A DNA stretch of 63,728 nt, the filler included, from Chiloscyllium plagiosum (taxonomy: Eukaryota), in NCBI RefSeq assembly GCF_004010195.1. It is 6 parts of one record of this genome, joined end to end, with 100 filler letters (N's around TTAATTAATTAA, not from the genome) between each part and the next. Parts side by side here need not be neighbours in the genome. Positions count along the whole stretch, not along the records: positions 49,149 to 54,157 come from NC_057711.1; positions 54,258 to 59,301 come from NC_057711.1; positions 59,402 to 63,728 come from NC_057711.1; 3 more parts are not named here. One strand, 5' to 3'. The position numbers and the translations under genes were made by a program. A model generated the notes under the pieces. It did no database searches. It saw nothing but the letters and a program-made list of their open reading frames with translations, and was not told where the DNA came from. This document shows positions 50,880 to 62,949 of this stretch, one piece after another. How positions within the stretch are numbered: the first letter of the stretch is position 1; every line of letters starts with the position of its first letter.

Positions 50880-53550
50880 CCAACTCCTCCTATGGATTGT
50901 GTGCTTGCCATTTCTGCTCACGTTGAGGCCTACAAGACTGCTGCTTCCACTTGCATCACAGACCACGTAACTGCTGACACCAGCAACGACTGGTTTACCT
51001 CCACTCCCACCCATGTGACCGGTCCTGCGCACACACCAACTCACGATGAAATCTCCACCCCCTGCTCCTGGCCGCAGCTCCATGCTCAGCCCCAAGCCCT
51101 GCTGGGTATTCACCATTCCCCCCACCCCACCCCTGGACCTCCCTCTCACTGAGGCTGAACGGTCAATCCTCAGCAAAGTGTTCACCCTCGTTCCCCTGCG
51201 CCGATATGAATTCCACACACACCATGATGGTGAGCTCTTTTACTGCCGCCTCCACGCCTATTTCTTTGAACAGGAATCCAACCCACCCTCTAAGGTCCCC
51301 TTCTCCCGTCTCTGGCAAACTCCATTCTCCTGGACACCCCCTCTCAGCTTCCTACTTTCCTGGACTTTTTCATCTCAAACTGCCGCCGCAACATCAATCG
51401 CTTGGATCTCACCACCCTCCTCACTGACTCCAATCTCTCCCCATTGGAACATGCAACCCTCTGCTCCCTTCATTCCGTCCCCAACCTCACTATTAAACCT
51501 GCCTATAAAGGGGATGCAATAGTACCATGGCGAACATATCTGTACATCACTGATGCCAGGCAGCAACTCTCTGACACCTCCTCCTACCGTCCCCTCTTTC
51601 ATAATCCCTCCTCTGATCACCAAACCATAATTTCCTAGATCATCAACAACTTCATCATTTTGGGAGCTCTCCCATCTATAGCCTTCAATCTGATAGTTCC
51701 CCAAACCCACACTGCCTGTTTCTATCTCCTATCCAAAATCCTTAAATCCTACTGCCCCACTTGACCCATTGTCTCTGCCTGCTCCTGCTCTACTGACCTC
51801 ATCTCCTCCTACTTTGACTCCATTCTTTCCCCTTTAGAAGTGGACCTCCCCCCTCTACATTCAAGACACAACCCACACCCTCCACCTCTTCCAAAACTTT
51901 GAGTTCCCTAGCCCCAACACCTCATCTTCACTATGGACTAACAGGCCCTTTACACCTGTATTCTCCACACAGAGAGCCTGTAGGCCCAACCAATTCCTTT
52001 CCACTGACACTCTCACTCACCTAGCGGAACTGATCCTCACCGTCAACAAGTTTTCCTTTGATTCCTTCCACTTCCTACCAGCCAAAGGGGTAGTTATGGG
52101 CACCCACATGGGCCCAAGCCATGCCTGCTTCTTTCTAGGATTCGTGGAACAGTCCCTCTTCCACAACTACACCAGCACCATCCTTCACCACTTCCTCTAC
52201 TATATTGGTGACTGCAGCGATGCTGCCTCGTGCTCCCAGCTTGACGAGCTTGAGCAGTTCATCAACTTCACCAACACCTTCCACCCCACCCTCAAATTCA
52301 CTTGGACCTTTTCTGACACCTCTGTCCCGTTCCTGGACCCCTCCATCTCTGGGAACTGGCTCACCACTGATATTCATTTTGAGTCCACTAATTGCCATAA
52401 TTACCTTGACTATACCCACTCTCCTGCAGAAATACTATCCTGTACTCCCAATTCCTCCACATCTGCCACATCTGTTCCCAGGCTGAGGCATTCCACTCCA
52501 CGACATCCTAGATATCCTCCTATTTTAGAGACCGTAATTTCCCCTCCTCAGTAATTAAAATTGCCCTCAACTGCATCTCTCCCATCTCCTATACTTCTGC
52601 CCTCAATCTCACACTCCCCCCAACACAAGGATAGAGCCCCGTTAGTTCTCACATAGCACCACACAAATCTCTGAATCGAATGCATCATCCTCCGGCATTT
52701 CCACCCCCTACAATTAGATTCCACCACCAAAAAGATATTTCCTTCCCCACCCCTGTACACATTCCACAGGGACTGTTTACTCCATGACTCCCTTGTCAAC
52801 TCTAAACTCCCCACCAACTTCTCCAACACACCCAGTATCTTTCACTGCAAATGCAAGAGGTGCAACACCTGCTCCCACACACCTCCCCTCTCTCCTCCAT
52901 CCAAAGCCCTAAATAATCTTCTCAGATCTGACAGATTCACCTGCACATAATCCAACCTCATCTATTACATCTGTTGCTACCAATGTGTTCTCCTCTACGT
53001 CAAGGAGATCAAACGCAGACTCATGGACTGGTTCACGGAGCATCTGCGCCCTGCACGCATCAACCAACCCGACATTCCAGTTACCATCCATCTTAATTCC
53101 CCCTCCCACTCCCCTGGTGACAGGTCCATCCTTGGCCTCCTCCACTGTCAGAGTGAGGTCAAACAGAAACTGGAGAAACTGATATTTCGTTTGTGGAGCT
53201 TACAGCCCAATGGCCTCAACATCGACTTTCCCAGCTTCCAAAATCCCTCCTTCCCCAGCCTTATACCATGTCGGGCTCCACCTCTCCTCCCTGACCTGGC
53301 GTAACCTGTCCACCTTCGTATTCACCTTTCTGCTCCACCCTTTCCACTGACCAATCACAATAACCCCCACCTACCATCATCCCACCTACCTTCCCTGACC
53401 CACCCCCCCTCCAGCTATATATGTCTGGGCTCCCTCTCCTTCCTCCTCCCAATCCTAACGAAGGGTTTTGGCCTGAAACATTGACTTTCCTCTCCTTGGA
53501 TACTGTCTGACCTGCTGTGATTTTCCAGCTTCACATCTATTGACTCTACC
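50880..53550 (+). mobile_element. Long decayed PLE (RT + GIY-YIG + pLTR)
   Basis: TIKPAYKG.AIV; GVVMGTHMGPSHAC; YYIGDC (decayed YIDD); NLIYYICCYQCVLLYV.E; pLTR with decayed hammerhead at 53455-53490. Confidence 0.92.
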
Positions 53551-53796
53551 TTGTATATTGTTTACAACAGTGCAATAAGCTTCTTATTGTTCACTTTACT
53601 CCAATTTTGAAATTTATGCCAGTAACACTAAAGAGATGGATTGCTTTCAGCTGTAGTGAACTACAGCACTTACCAAGGCTGCCTGCTTTCAACTTCATAA
53701 CAACAACCATCTTATTCTTGATTTAAGATAATTTATTGCCATATCCCTCATCCATGCCTTTTTTTAAATCTCTGGATGAAACCGTTCCAGTGCTCT

Positions 53797-54157
53797 TAGA
53801 GTCATAGAGTCATAGAGATGTACAGCATGGAAACAAACCCTTCGGGCCAACCCGTCCATGCCGACCAGATATCCCAACCCAATCTAGTCCCACCTGCCAG
53901 CACCTGGCCCATATCCCTCCAAACCCTTCTTATTCATATACCCATCCAAATGCATCTTAAATGTTGCAATTGTATCAGCCTCTACCACATCCTCTGGCAG
54001 CTCATTCCACACACGTTCTGGACTCCCCGACCCCAGGGAAAAGACTTTGTCTATTTACCCTATCCATGCCCCTCATAATTTTGTAAACCTCTATAAGGTC
54101 ACCCCTCAGCCTCCGATGGTCCAGGGAAAACAGCCCCAGCCTGTTCAGCCTCTCCCT
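53797..54157 (-). mobile_element. CR1 3' end with internal deletion, running into a gap
   Basis: (AGTCATAG)n tail; sequence nearly the same as 40625-41065. Confidence 0.9.
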
Positions 54158-54256
54158 NNNNNNNNNNNNNNNNNNNNNNNNNNNNNNNNNNNNNNNNNNN
54201 NTTAATTAATTAANNNNNNNNNNNNNNNNNNNNNNNNNNNNNNNNNNNNNNNNNNN

Positions 54257-54426
54257 NGAATGCGCTGCCTGTGGGAGTGGTAGAGTCAGAATCTTTGGAG
54301 ACCTTTAAGCGGCAATTGGATAGATACATGGATGGGTGCTTCAGCTAGGACAAATGTTCGGCACAACATCGTGGGCCGAAGGGCCTGTTCTGGGCTGTAT
54401 TGTTCTATGTTCTATGTTCTATGTTC
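54257..54426 (+). mobile_element. CR1 3' end
   Basis: NALPVGVVESESLETFKRQLDRYMD followed by a (TTCTATG)n tail. Confidence 0.9.
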
Positions 54427-54429
54427 TTA

Positions 54430-54542
54430 ATCAAGTTGTTCGACCCAGTATTACATCGTTACCTGTTTGTGAACACTTAGTGCTGTGTCCAGTAGTTCTG
54501 CTGCTTTTAACTCTCTTAAAGGTATACCCACATCTTATAACA
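54430..54542. mobile_element. LTR end, same family as 34926-35618
   Basis: gtagttctgctgcttttaactctcttaaaggtatacccacatcttataaca aligns to about 35505-35618. Confidence 0.8.
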
Positions 54543-54952
54543 CTACAGTATGGAAACAGGCCCTTCAGCCCAACAAGTCCACACCAACCCTCCAAAGAGT
54601 AACCTACCCAGATCCATTCCCCCACGTTATATTTTACCCCTGACAATGGGCAAAGAAGTAAAAACAATGACTGCAGATGCTGGAAACCAGATTCTGGATT
54701 AGTGGTGCTGGAAGAGCACAGCAGTTCAGGCAGCATCCAAGGAGCTTCGAAATCAACGTTTTGGGCAAAAGCCCTTCATCATGGGCAATTTAGCATGCCA
54801 ATTCACCTAACCTGCACATCTTTGGATTGTGGGAGGAAACCCACGCAGACACAGGGAGAATGTGTAAATTCCACACAGATACTCGCCCGAGGCTGGAATC
54901 AAATCCGGGTCTCTTGTGCTATGAGGCAGCAGTGCTAACCACTGAGCCACCA
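54543..54952 (-). mobile_element. HE1-like V-SINE interrupted by a 127-bp PLE insert (54654-54780)
   Basis: SINE head at 54952; insert flanked by 8-bp TSD atgggcaa (54646-54653 and 54781-54788). Confidence 0.88.
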
Positions 54953-57074
54953 TTTTGTCTGCATTTGTTCATTCATGGGATATGGCCACACTGGCTAAGC
55001 CAACATTTGTTAACATCTCTGATTGCCCAGAGTGCAGTTATGAGTTAATCATATTACCTTGAGTCTGGAGTCATTTGTAGACCAGATCAGATAGGGATGA
55101 TCGATTTCATTCCTTAAAGGATGTAGTGAACCAGATGGGCTTTTATGTCAAATGGTTATATGGTTAGATTCTTATTGAATTCAATTTTAACTACCTACCT
55201 TGATGGGATCCACGTTCACATACCCGGGACATTAGCACTGCCTTTCCTGATCTTTCTGTACATTCTGTTGGATTAGTATGTATAGTGAAATTTTGCATTA
55301 GTTGCACTCTACTGAAATATTAATGTAGCACAGCCTGCATTTGCAGCTGCTTCCAAATCAGTGTAATGATGCTGAAAATAGCACTAGAAGCAGAAAGATT
55401 GTTTCAATTACCCAGCTGACAAAGACAAATTAAAGAAAAACACAGACTGTTCCCTGGTTTTAATCCTGACTGAACTAAGGCCCCTTGAAACCAACATAGA
55501 CCTGATTACATCCCCTTGCACAAGATATGTCAAGAAGGATAAGAAATTTGACTTCATACAAATTAAAAATTGATTTGTTTTCATTCAAACTCTTCAGAAT
55601 TTTTCTCTAATTCATCCGCTGTTGTGATGTTGGATTTGCTGGCTGGGCTTGATTACATTGTATCATCTCTAACTGCCCTTCTCAACTTGGTAGAACATCA
55701 CTGCATTAGACTGCTACAGTCCATGCGGTACAGATGCACATGTAGTATAGTTTGGGAAGGAGTTTCAAGATTTTCAATGAGCGAGGAGAATTTCAATTCT
55801 AATATCTGAAATAAAATGCATTAGGAAATTCACAATTCCATAAAATCCATCTGCTTGCCATATATCCATCAAGGGAGGAAGTCCAGTATTTTTGTCTGCT
55901 TTATTCTGTCTGTGACTTTAAACATACCACAATATGGCTGACTTTTAAATGTCCGCTGAAATTGTTAACGCAAGCCACTCAGTTATATCAAATAATCCAG
56001 TACAAAAAAAGAAAATACCTCAGTCCTCAACATAAAAGTTGCAATTGTTTAATTGTAATTGCAGCTCATGACCACCTTTTCGAAAACAAATGGAGTGAGC
56101 AAAAATTCTTACATTTGTCAGTGATGCCAATATCCCAAGAACAAAGAAAATAATATATTGGCTACAAATTTCCATGACATTTCATACACCTCTTTGCCAT
56201 TTTTAAGAGTTTGCCATTAGATTTGCATATTGGGTCAGGTCACGGATTTGCTAAAGTTCAGCCTTGACTGTATCTTGTATGACATCTTGTCATGCCTGAA
56301 ACCACAGTCCCAAATAAAAGAGGATGAGGCAAGAGCTTTCAAAGTGGGGAATGCCCACTTTACTGGTGCTGAGACAAGTTAAGATAGATGATGATTGTCT
56401 AGTTTCAGGCATGCACTAGGAAAGAAAAAGGTAATTCATTTCAGAGAAAAATATTTAAAGGCACCATTTTTGGAAGTGTTAAGAAAACTGCTTAAGGGAA
56501 CTGGAAATTGGAAATGTGGGCAGTGGAGGGAAAAAATCAATCATGCACTATTCAGCAGCACTTCCCAGTCTTTTCATTACACTGTCCCCATCTAGATGCT
56601 CCTCATATTGGTATGGAGTGCCCATCTTTGGCATTAAAGTACAAAGGCATCCCCTGAGTCAGTATCTTTGTTTTGGTGGGGTCATTAATCAAGTTCTAAG
56701 GCAGCGCACCACAACACTTACATCAGAATGATTCTTCCCAACAGTATTCAGAGTCATACATCACTTGGTATGTAAATTATGGAGGAGAATTTTATACCAA
56801 AACAAAAGTACTTAGCTTATAACATTTTACTTGTTCTATAATTTAAAATTTCAGAAGCTGATTATGTCTGTGACAACAGAAAGTTTGGGATTAAGAGTCA
56901 TTGCAGCACAAAAATAGGCCATTCAGCCCATTATACCTTGGGACTCCTTGAAAGGGCTATCCAAGTAGTCTCACTGTCTCTTTCCTCATAGCCTCACATC
57001 TCTTTTTTCAAATACTTATCCAATTTCTGTTTAAAGCTATGATTACCCGCTGTCAGGGAAAGGCTGTCAGCCTT

Positions 57075-57543
57075 ATTAAAGATCCATCCCACCCGGCAAT
57101 GTTTTTCTACAACCTCTACCATCGGGGAAAAGATACAGAAGCCTGAACACACGCACCAGTTAAGATTAGAGTGATGCTGGAAAAGCACAGCAGGTCAGGC
57201 AGCGTCCGAGGAGCAGGAAAAGTGACGTTTCGAGCAAAAGCCCTTCATCAGCCTGACCTGCTGTGCTTTTCCAGCATCATTCTAATTTTGACTCTAGTCT
57301 CCAGCAACTGCAGTCCTCACTTTCACCTGGTTTCACAACAGTTGCTACCTTGCTGTTGTTAGACTACTGAATGGACTCACAAACTCTTTACATTTGCCAG
57401 TATCTGTGTTTTTGCCTTTACCGCTGTTTACCTATTATTTACTATCTATGCTACTTAACTATGTGATCTGCCTGTATTGCTCGCAAAACAAATCTTTTCA
57501 CTGTGCCTCGGTACACGTGATAATAAACTCAATTAAATTCAAT
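57075..57543 (+). mobile_element. Rex1/Babar-type 3' end interrupted by a PLE family A fold-back (about 57160-57327)
   Basis: Reverse complement of the 46170-46470 family. The insert carries an intact minus-strand core CTGATGA-AGGGC-TTTT-GCTC-GAAAC-GTC (57224-57251). Confidence 0.85.
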
Positions 57544-58844
57544 GCCCTTTCAATCAGAGCATGGATCATCACAAATTACTGTGCGAAAGGAATTCTCCAC
57601 TTTAGCTGCTTCTTTTGCCAATTACCTGTACTCAGTGCCTTCCAGTTAAAAACTATTCTGTCAGTTTTTTCCTTCATTCCTTTGTCCAAACCCTTCATAA
57701 TATTGAACAATCCTGTTAAATGTCCTTTAAACTTTTTTGTTCTAAGGACAACATCCCCAGCTTCTGTAATCTTTCCATATTATTTCATCAATCTCTGGTA
57801 CAATGTCTGCAGCGTATCCACAATCAGTATACTCTTTCCAATGCCGTGTCCAGATCTGTAAGCAATGATCTGTTGAGGATTGCCCAGCAATTTTTAAGGA
57901 AGGGGAAAATATCAGGTTATGTTCATGTTGTTGATCACAGTCATATGATTGAACCTGATATACAGGTTTTGACTTTCTATATGCCAAATGAAACATGGGT
58001 TTCACAGTGGAGGTGTGTGATGTTGTTCACTGCTCAAGCTCATGTGTAGAGTTTACTATTGAAAGCTACCAAGTGTGACTTTTGCTTGTTGGGTTATACT
58101 CCAGCACTATTCATTGCCTGAGAAAAAGGGAGTAGGAACACATTACTTTTATCATCCTGGAGGGTTTGCGTTAATTCCTAAGGGCTCTGATTACTGGTGT
58201 GCATAAATAACTTAAACTTAAAGCTTTATTTCTTATTCATGCATGTTGCAAAAAATTAAATCCTAACCAGAGAAATTTAAGGTTTGGTCCAACAAAAAGG
58301 AAAATGGTGTTTGTGGACTGCAATGATCCATGAAACTATAAACAAATTATGCTGTTCATTGTATGATGAAAGTACACTTTATAGATTTCACTACTTAAAG
58401 GGCTAATATGTCTTGAAAACCTTCATTGGCATTTCTGTCAGATTTCTAGCAGCAGGTTAACATTTTGCATTCACATGCAAAATTGTGCCAGTCAATAGCG
58501 TACAGTTTACATATAATCAACAGACACAATAAACTTCTGTGAATGTGAAATGTCCTTTTGTTTGACTTAACATAGACTTCCATAGTTAAATAGCAAAAGA
58601 TGATATTGATTCTTCTGAGGGTCAGTTAGCTCGGTCAATTGGCTGACTAGAGTATCACCAGAATGACAGCAACACAAAAATTCTATCCCTAGTCTGAATG
58701 TGATAATTCATCAATGCCTGCCTTGTCCTGTCTTTTAAATGAAGTGGTGCTCCCCAAGCAATTTAATCTCTCTTTAATGGAGAGAAACATCTCTGGTCTT
58801 TCATTGGGTATGACTATTAGAGATTTTGGCTACTTATAGAACAT

Positions 58845-59683
58845 AGAACATAGAACAATACAGCACAGAACAGGCCCTTCAGCCCACGATGTTGTGCCGA
58901 CCATTGATCCTCATGTATGCACCCTCAAATTTCTGTGATCATATGCATGTCCAGCAGTCTCTTAAATGTCCCCAATGACCTTGCTTCCACAACTGCTGCT
59001 GGCAATGCATTCCATGCTCTCACAACTCTCTGTGTAAAGGACCCGCCTCTGACATCCCCGCTATACTTTCCTCCAACCAACTTAAAACTATGACCCCTTG
59101 TGTTAGCCATTTCTGCCATGGGAAATAGTCTCTGGCTATCGACTCTATCTATGCCTCTCATTATCTTGTATACCTCAATTAGGTCTCCTCTCCTCCTCCT
59201 TTTCTCCAATGAGAAAAGTCCGAGCTCAGTCAACCTCTCTTCATAAGATAAGCCCTCCAGTCCAGGCAGCATCCTGGTAAACCTCCTCTGAACCCCCTCC
59301 ANNNNNNNNNNNNNNNNNNNNNNNNNNNNNNNNNNNNNNNNNNNNTTAATTAATTAANNNNNNNNNNNNNNNNNNNNNNNNNNNNNNNNNNNNNNNNNNN
59401 NGTAGGTAAGTCCCCCGGGGCGGCTGTGGACGCCTTAGCTGCCGCTGGAGAGGGTGGGGGGCGAGATCCTGCTTGTTGAGAGCTGCGGGCTCCCTTCCCT
59501 TTAGTCATTTTTACTAAAGATTAGATTGTTTAAATTTAATATTAAACAACTAATTAAATTAAACAGCTATTATAAATGATTTGGTGAGTGTGGTGGGGGT
59601 GGGTGATCCACTTTACCCAAGTCTTGGGAGGAGCACTGTAGACTCAAACTTGCTGGGTCGCCGCCATCTTGGATCCCCCCACC
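58845..59683 (-). mobile_element. Young, probably full-length CR1 with its middle lost in an assembly gap
   Basis: (CATAGAA)n tail, open ORF2 end (58925-59272), gap, then a 5'-UTR-like segment ending gccgccatcttggatcccccc. tagaacat occurs at both 58837-58844 and 59684-59691. Confidence 0.75.
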
Positions 59684-60267
59684 TAGAACATTTTAACCAG
59701 GTAGTTACTAGCTTTTTTGCTATGTTTTTGACCTTGATCATAGATCTAAATGAACATTGTTCATTTTTGTAGCATTGATTACATTTTCCCAATATAGTAG
59801 CTTCTGAACATAATCTTAAACTAGAAATTCCACACTGATTTGCAAGGAATGAATTCCCTCAGTGATTTCAAGTTTTGCCGCCTCCCAGTGAGGTCCGTGT
59901 TCTGCTTTTGACTGGTTGAAACTGTTCTGTCTCCTTTGTAGCTTCCTTCTGTTTAACATTGCAGTGGCTGCCCTCTCCCTGACACCTTGTAGTCTACCTC
60001 TACCTGACTTGCAACCTCCTTCTGTCCGACTCTCCAACTTGCAGCTTCCTCCTTCTCTCTCTCTCCGTATATTCTTCTCTTTTGCATCCTGTGTAAAATG
60101 CAGCCCCCTCCAGCTCACCTATGACAGCAAGGAGGCATTGCTCAGACACAACTGAGAGTAACCTCTAGATCCGTCTTCTGGGATCCAGCTATGTTCTGGC
60201 TCCCAGAGGCAATCATCCAAGGTCTGAACCTGACCAAACATAAATGCAGTGACTTGCTCTCCTGGGC

Positions 60268-61800
60268 TATAAGACATAGGAGCAGAAGTTAGGCCATTCA
60301 GCCCATCAGTCTGCTCCGCCATTCAATCATGGCTAACATGTTTCTCAACCCCATTCTCCCACTTTTCCCTTGTAACCCTTGATCCCCTTGATACTCAAGA
60401 ACCTGTCTATCTCAATCTTAAATGTACTCAATGCCCTAGCCTCCACAGCCTTGTGGCAATGAATTCCATAGATTCACCACTCTAGTTGAAGCAGTTGCTC
60501 CTTATCTCCTTTCTAAAGTTATTCCCTTTACTCTAAGGCTCTGTCCTTGGGTCTTAGTCTCTCCTAACAATGGAAACATCTTACCAACATCTATTCTCTT
60601 CCAGGCCATTCAGTATTCTTTATGTTTCAATTAGATCCCTCCTCATCCTTCTAAACTCCATTGCATATAAACCTGGAGTCCTCAAATGTTCCTCATATGT
60701 TAAGCTTTTCATTCCTGGGATCGTTCTCATAAACCTCCTCTGAGCACACTCCATGGCCAGTATATCCTTCCTGAGATATGGGGCCCAAAACTGTACATAA
60801 TACTCCAAATGTGGTCTGATTAGATCCTTATAGAACCTCAGAAGTACATCCCCTCTTTTATATTCAAGTCTTCTCAAGGTAAATGCCAGCATTGCATTTG
60901 CCTTCCTAACTACTGACTTGAGAGAATCCTGGACTTGAATTCCCAGTGCACTTCAGACTTCTGAATTTTCTCCTCATTCAGAAAATATTACATGCCTCTA
61001 ATTCTTCCTGCCAAAGTGCATGACTTCAAACTTTCCCACATTATACTCCATCTTCCGTTTCTTTGCCCACTCTCCTAAACCGTCCAGATCTTTCTGCAGC
61101 CTCCCTGGCTCCTCAATGCTACCTATCCCTCTATCTATCTTTGTATCATCTGCAAATTTAGCCAGAATGCTCTCAGTTCCTTCATCTAGATCGTTAATGT
61201 AAAAAGTGAAAAGCTGTGGTCCCAACATTCAGCCTTGCGGAACACCACTGTCACCGGCGGCCATCCTGAGAAGGACCCTTTTATCCCCACTCCCACCCCC
61301 CCCCTTTCTGCTAGACAGCCAAGATTCTATCCATGCTAGCACCTTGCCTCTGACACTGGGCCCTTATCTTACTCAGTCGCCTCCTGTGCAGCACCTTGTC
61401 GAAGGCCTTCTTGAAGTCCAGATAGATAATATCCATAAGTTCTCCTTGATCTAACCTTGCTTGTTACTTCCTCAAAGAATTCTAGCAAATTTATCAGGCA
61501 TGACTTCCCCTCAATGAAACCAGGCTGACTTTGCCCTAATTTATAATACCCCTCCAAGTCTTCGGAAAACTCATCCTCCACAATGGATTCCAGGATTTTA
61601 CGTACGACTGAGGTCAGGCTAATTGGTCTGTAATTTTCTGTCCTTTGCCTTACTCTCTTTTTAAACAGGGGTGCCATATTAGTGATTTTCCAGTCCTCTG
61701 GGACATGCCCTGATTATAATGATCCCTGAAACATCACCACTAATGCCTTCACTATCTCTTCAATTATCTTCATTAGAACTCTGGGGCGTGGTCCATTTGA
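60268..61800 (-). mobile_element. 5'-truncated decayed CR1
   Basis: NYRPISLTSVV, KFADDTK and RPHLEYYVQFWAPY motifs; 3' UTR at 60268. Confidence 0.92.
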
Positions 61801-62008
61801 TGTGAGTGAAGGCTAGGTGATAGGCCATCAGAGACTTGGATAAGCTCAGGTCTGTGGCAGGTGGAAAGTGGGAATCCATAACAGGTAAAATTGGACTTGA
61901 AAAGTATTCTAAAGAAGCCAGAGATTGCATGCAATTGTTATGATGGACAAAGGATACTGATGCAGATGCAGCCAATACAGTCATTCTATATCCCCATGTA
62001 TCTTGCAG

Positions 62009-62099
62009 TCTGAATCATACCAGGATGATATCTATCCAATGACAGCCGGAGCACAGCCAGCAATGACTGCACAAGAATGGCTCAGTGGAGCCAATAAAG
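62009..62099 (+). CDS. CORO2A: Internal coding exon of coronin-2 (most like CORO2A), conserved region C-terminal to the WD40 propeller
   Basis: Acceptor tcttgcag|TCT and donor AAAG|gtcagt. 91 nt, phase 0 to phase 1, translating SESYQDDIYPMTAGAQPAMTAQEWLSGANK(G). From memory, human CORO2A has SESYQEDIYPPTAGAQPSLTAQEWLSGMNR and CORO2B has SDSYQEDIYPMTPGTEPALTPDEWLGGINR; the AGAQP..TAQEWLSG motif favours 2A. Confidence 0.9.
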
Positions 62100-62949
62100 G
62101 TCAGTCTTAGACATGTTTTACTTGGCTAAGTCTTCTGAAAAACATTAACTTTAACGATGTCGTCATCAAAGCACGTTTATTTTCTGGTCTAGGCCAAGAC
62201 TGCCCTTTTAGAGCACATGACATTAATGATTGTAAAAGATTCTGACCACCTTAGACCATGGACATGGTGTGTGAGGTTGACAATGTGGAGAGCTTGATCG
62301 TTCTTCTGAAATTTATTGTTCACTTTGTTAACTCTAAACCTTACTGATATAGTGCGATGATGCACCCCCCTGTTACCCACCTTGCTGTCAGGATTGTGGT
62401 GTTGTACCATGATGTTGGTCATCTGTGCTTTGTTGTGGGGTCTGACTTGTACACGTGCCCCATGTCTTCTGGTGCCACCTAGTTTACAGGTTTCTAGAAA
62501 AAGCTGGACAGCTCTTGGTAGGTGCAAGCAATCACATCAATTATAGATCCTCTAGGTTTGATGCTGCTTGGTGACTACAGCAATAGTTGAGAGCACAAAA
62601 AAAATACATAATTTTTATTGGCTTGCTGCTATCGTTTCATACTTGTGTCCTGTTTCAAGTAATGTGTCAACTGTGTGGCTTTTTCCTTAGCCCAAAGATC
62701 CTTCCTAAAATCCGCAAGTCTCTCACCATCACCAGCACACCATGCAAGATTCCCCAGCCAGGGAAGCAACCTCTCAACATCTTCTTTTTCTGGATAACCT
62801 CTAAACTCCAGCATCTCAGTTTCATTTAGTCTGTCAGTCATCCCACTTGTGTTCTACAGGGAAAGGTAGTGTTCTGATGTATGTCACTTATTAGAAAACT
62901 CAACATTTGTTCAACACAAAGTCTATTTGTACATGATTACAGAGTACAT

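Noticed and set aside
62189..62841. Short ORFs downstream of the exon as the next coronin exon
   Set aside because: No match to the expected P(I/V)L.SL continuation and no suitable acceptor.
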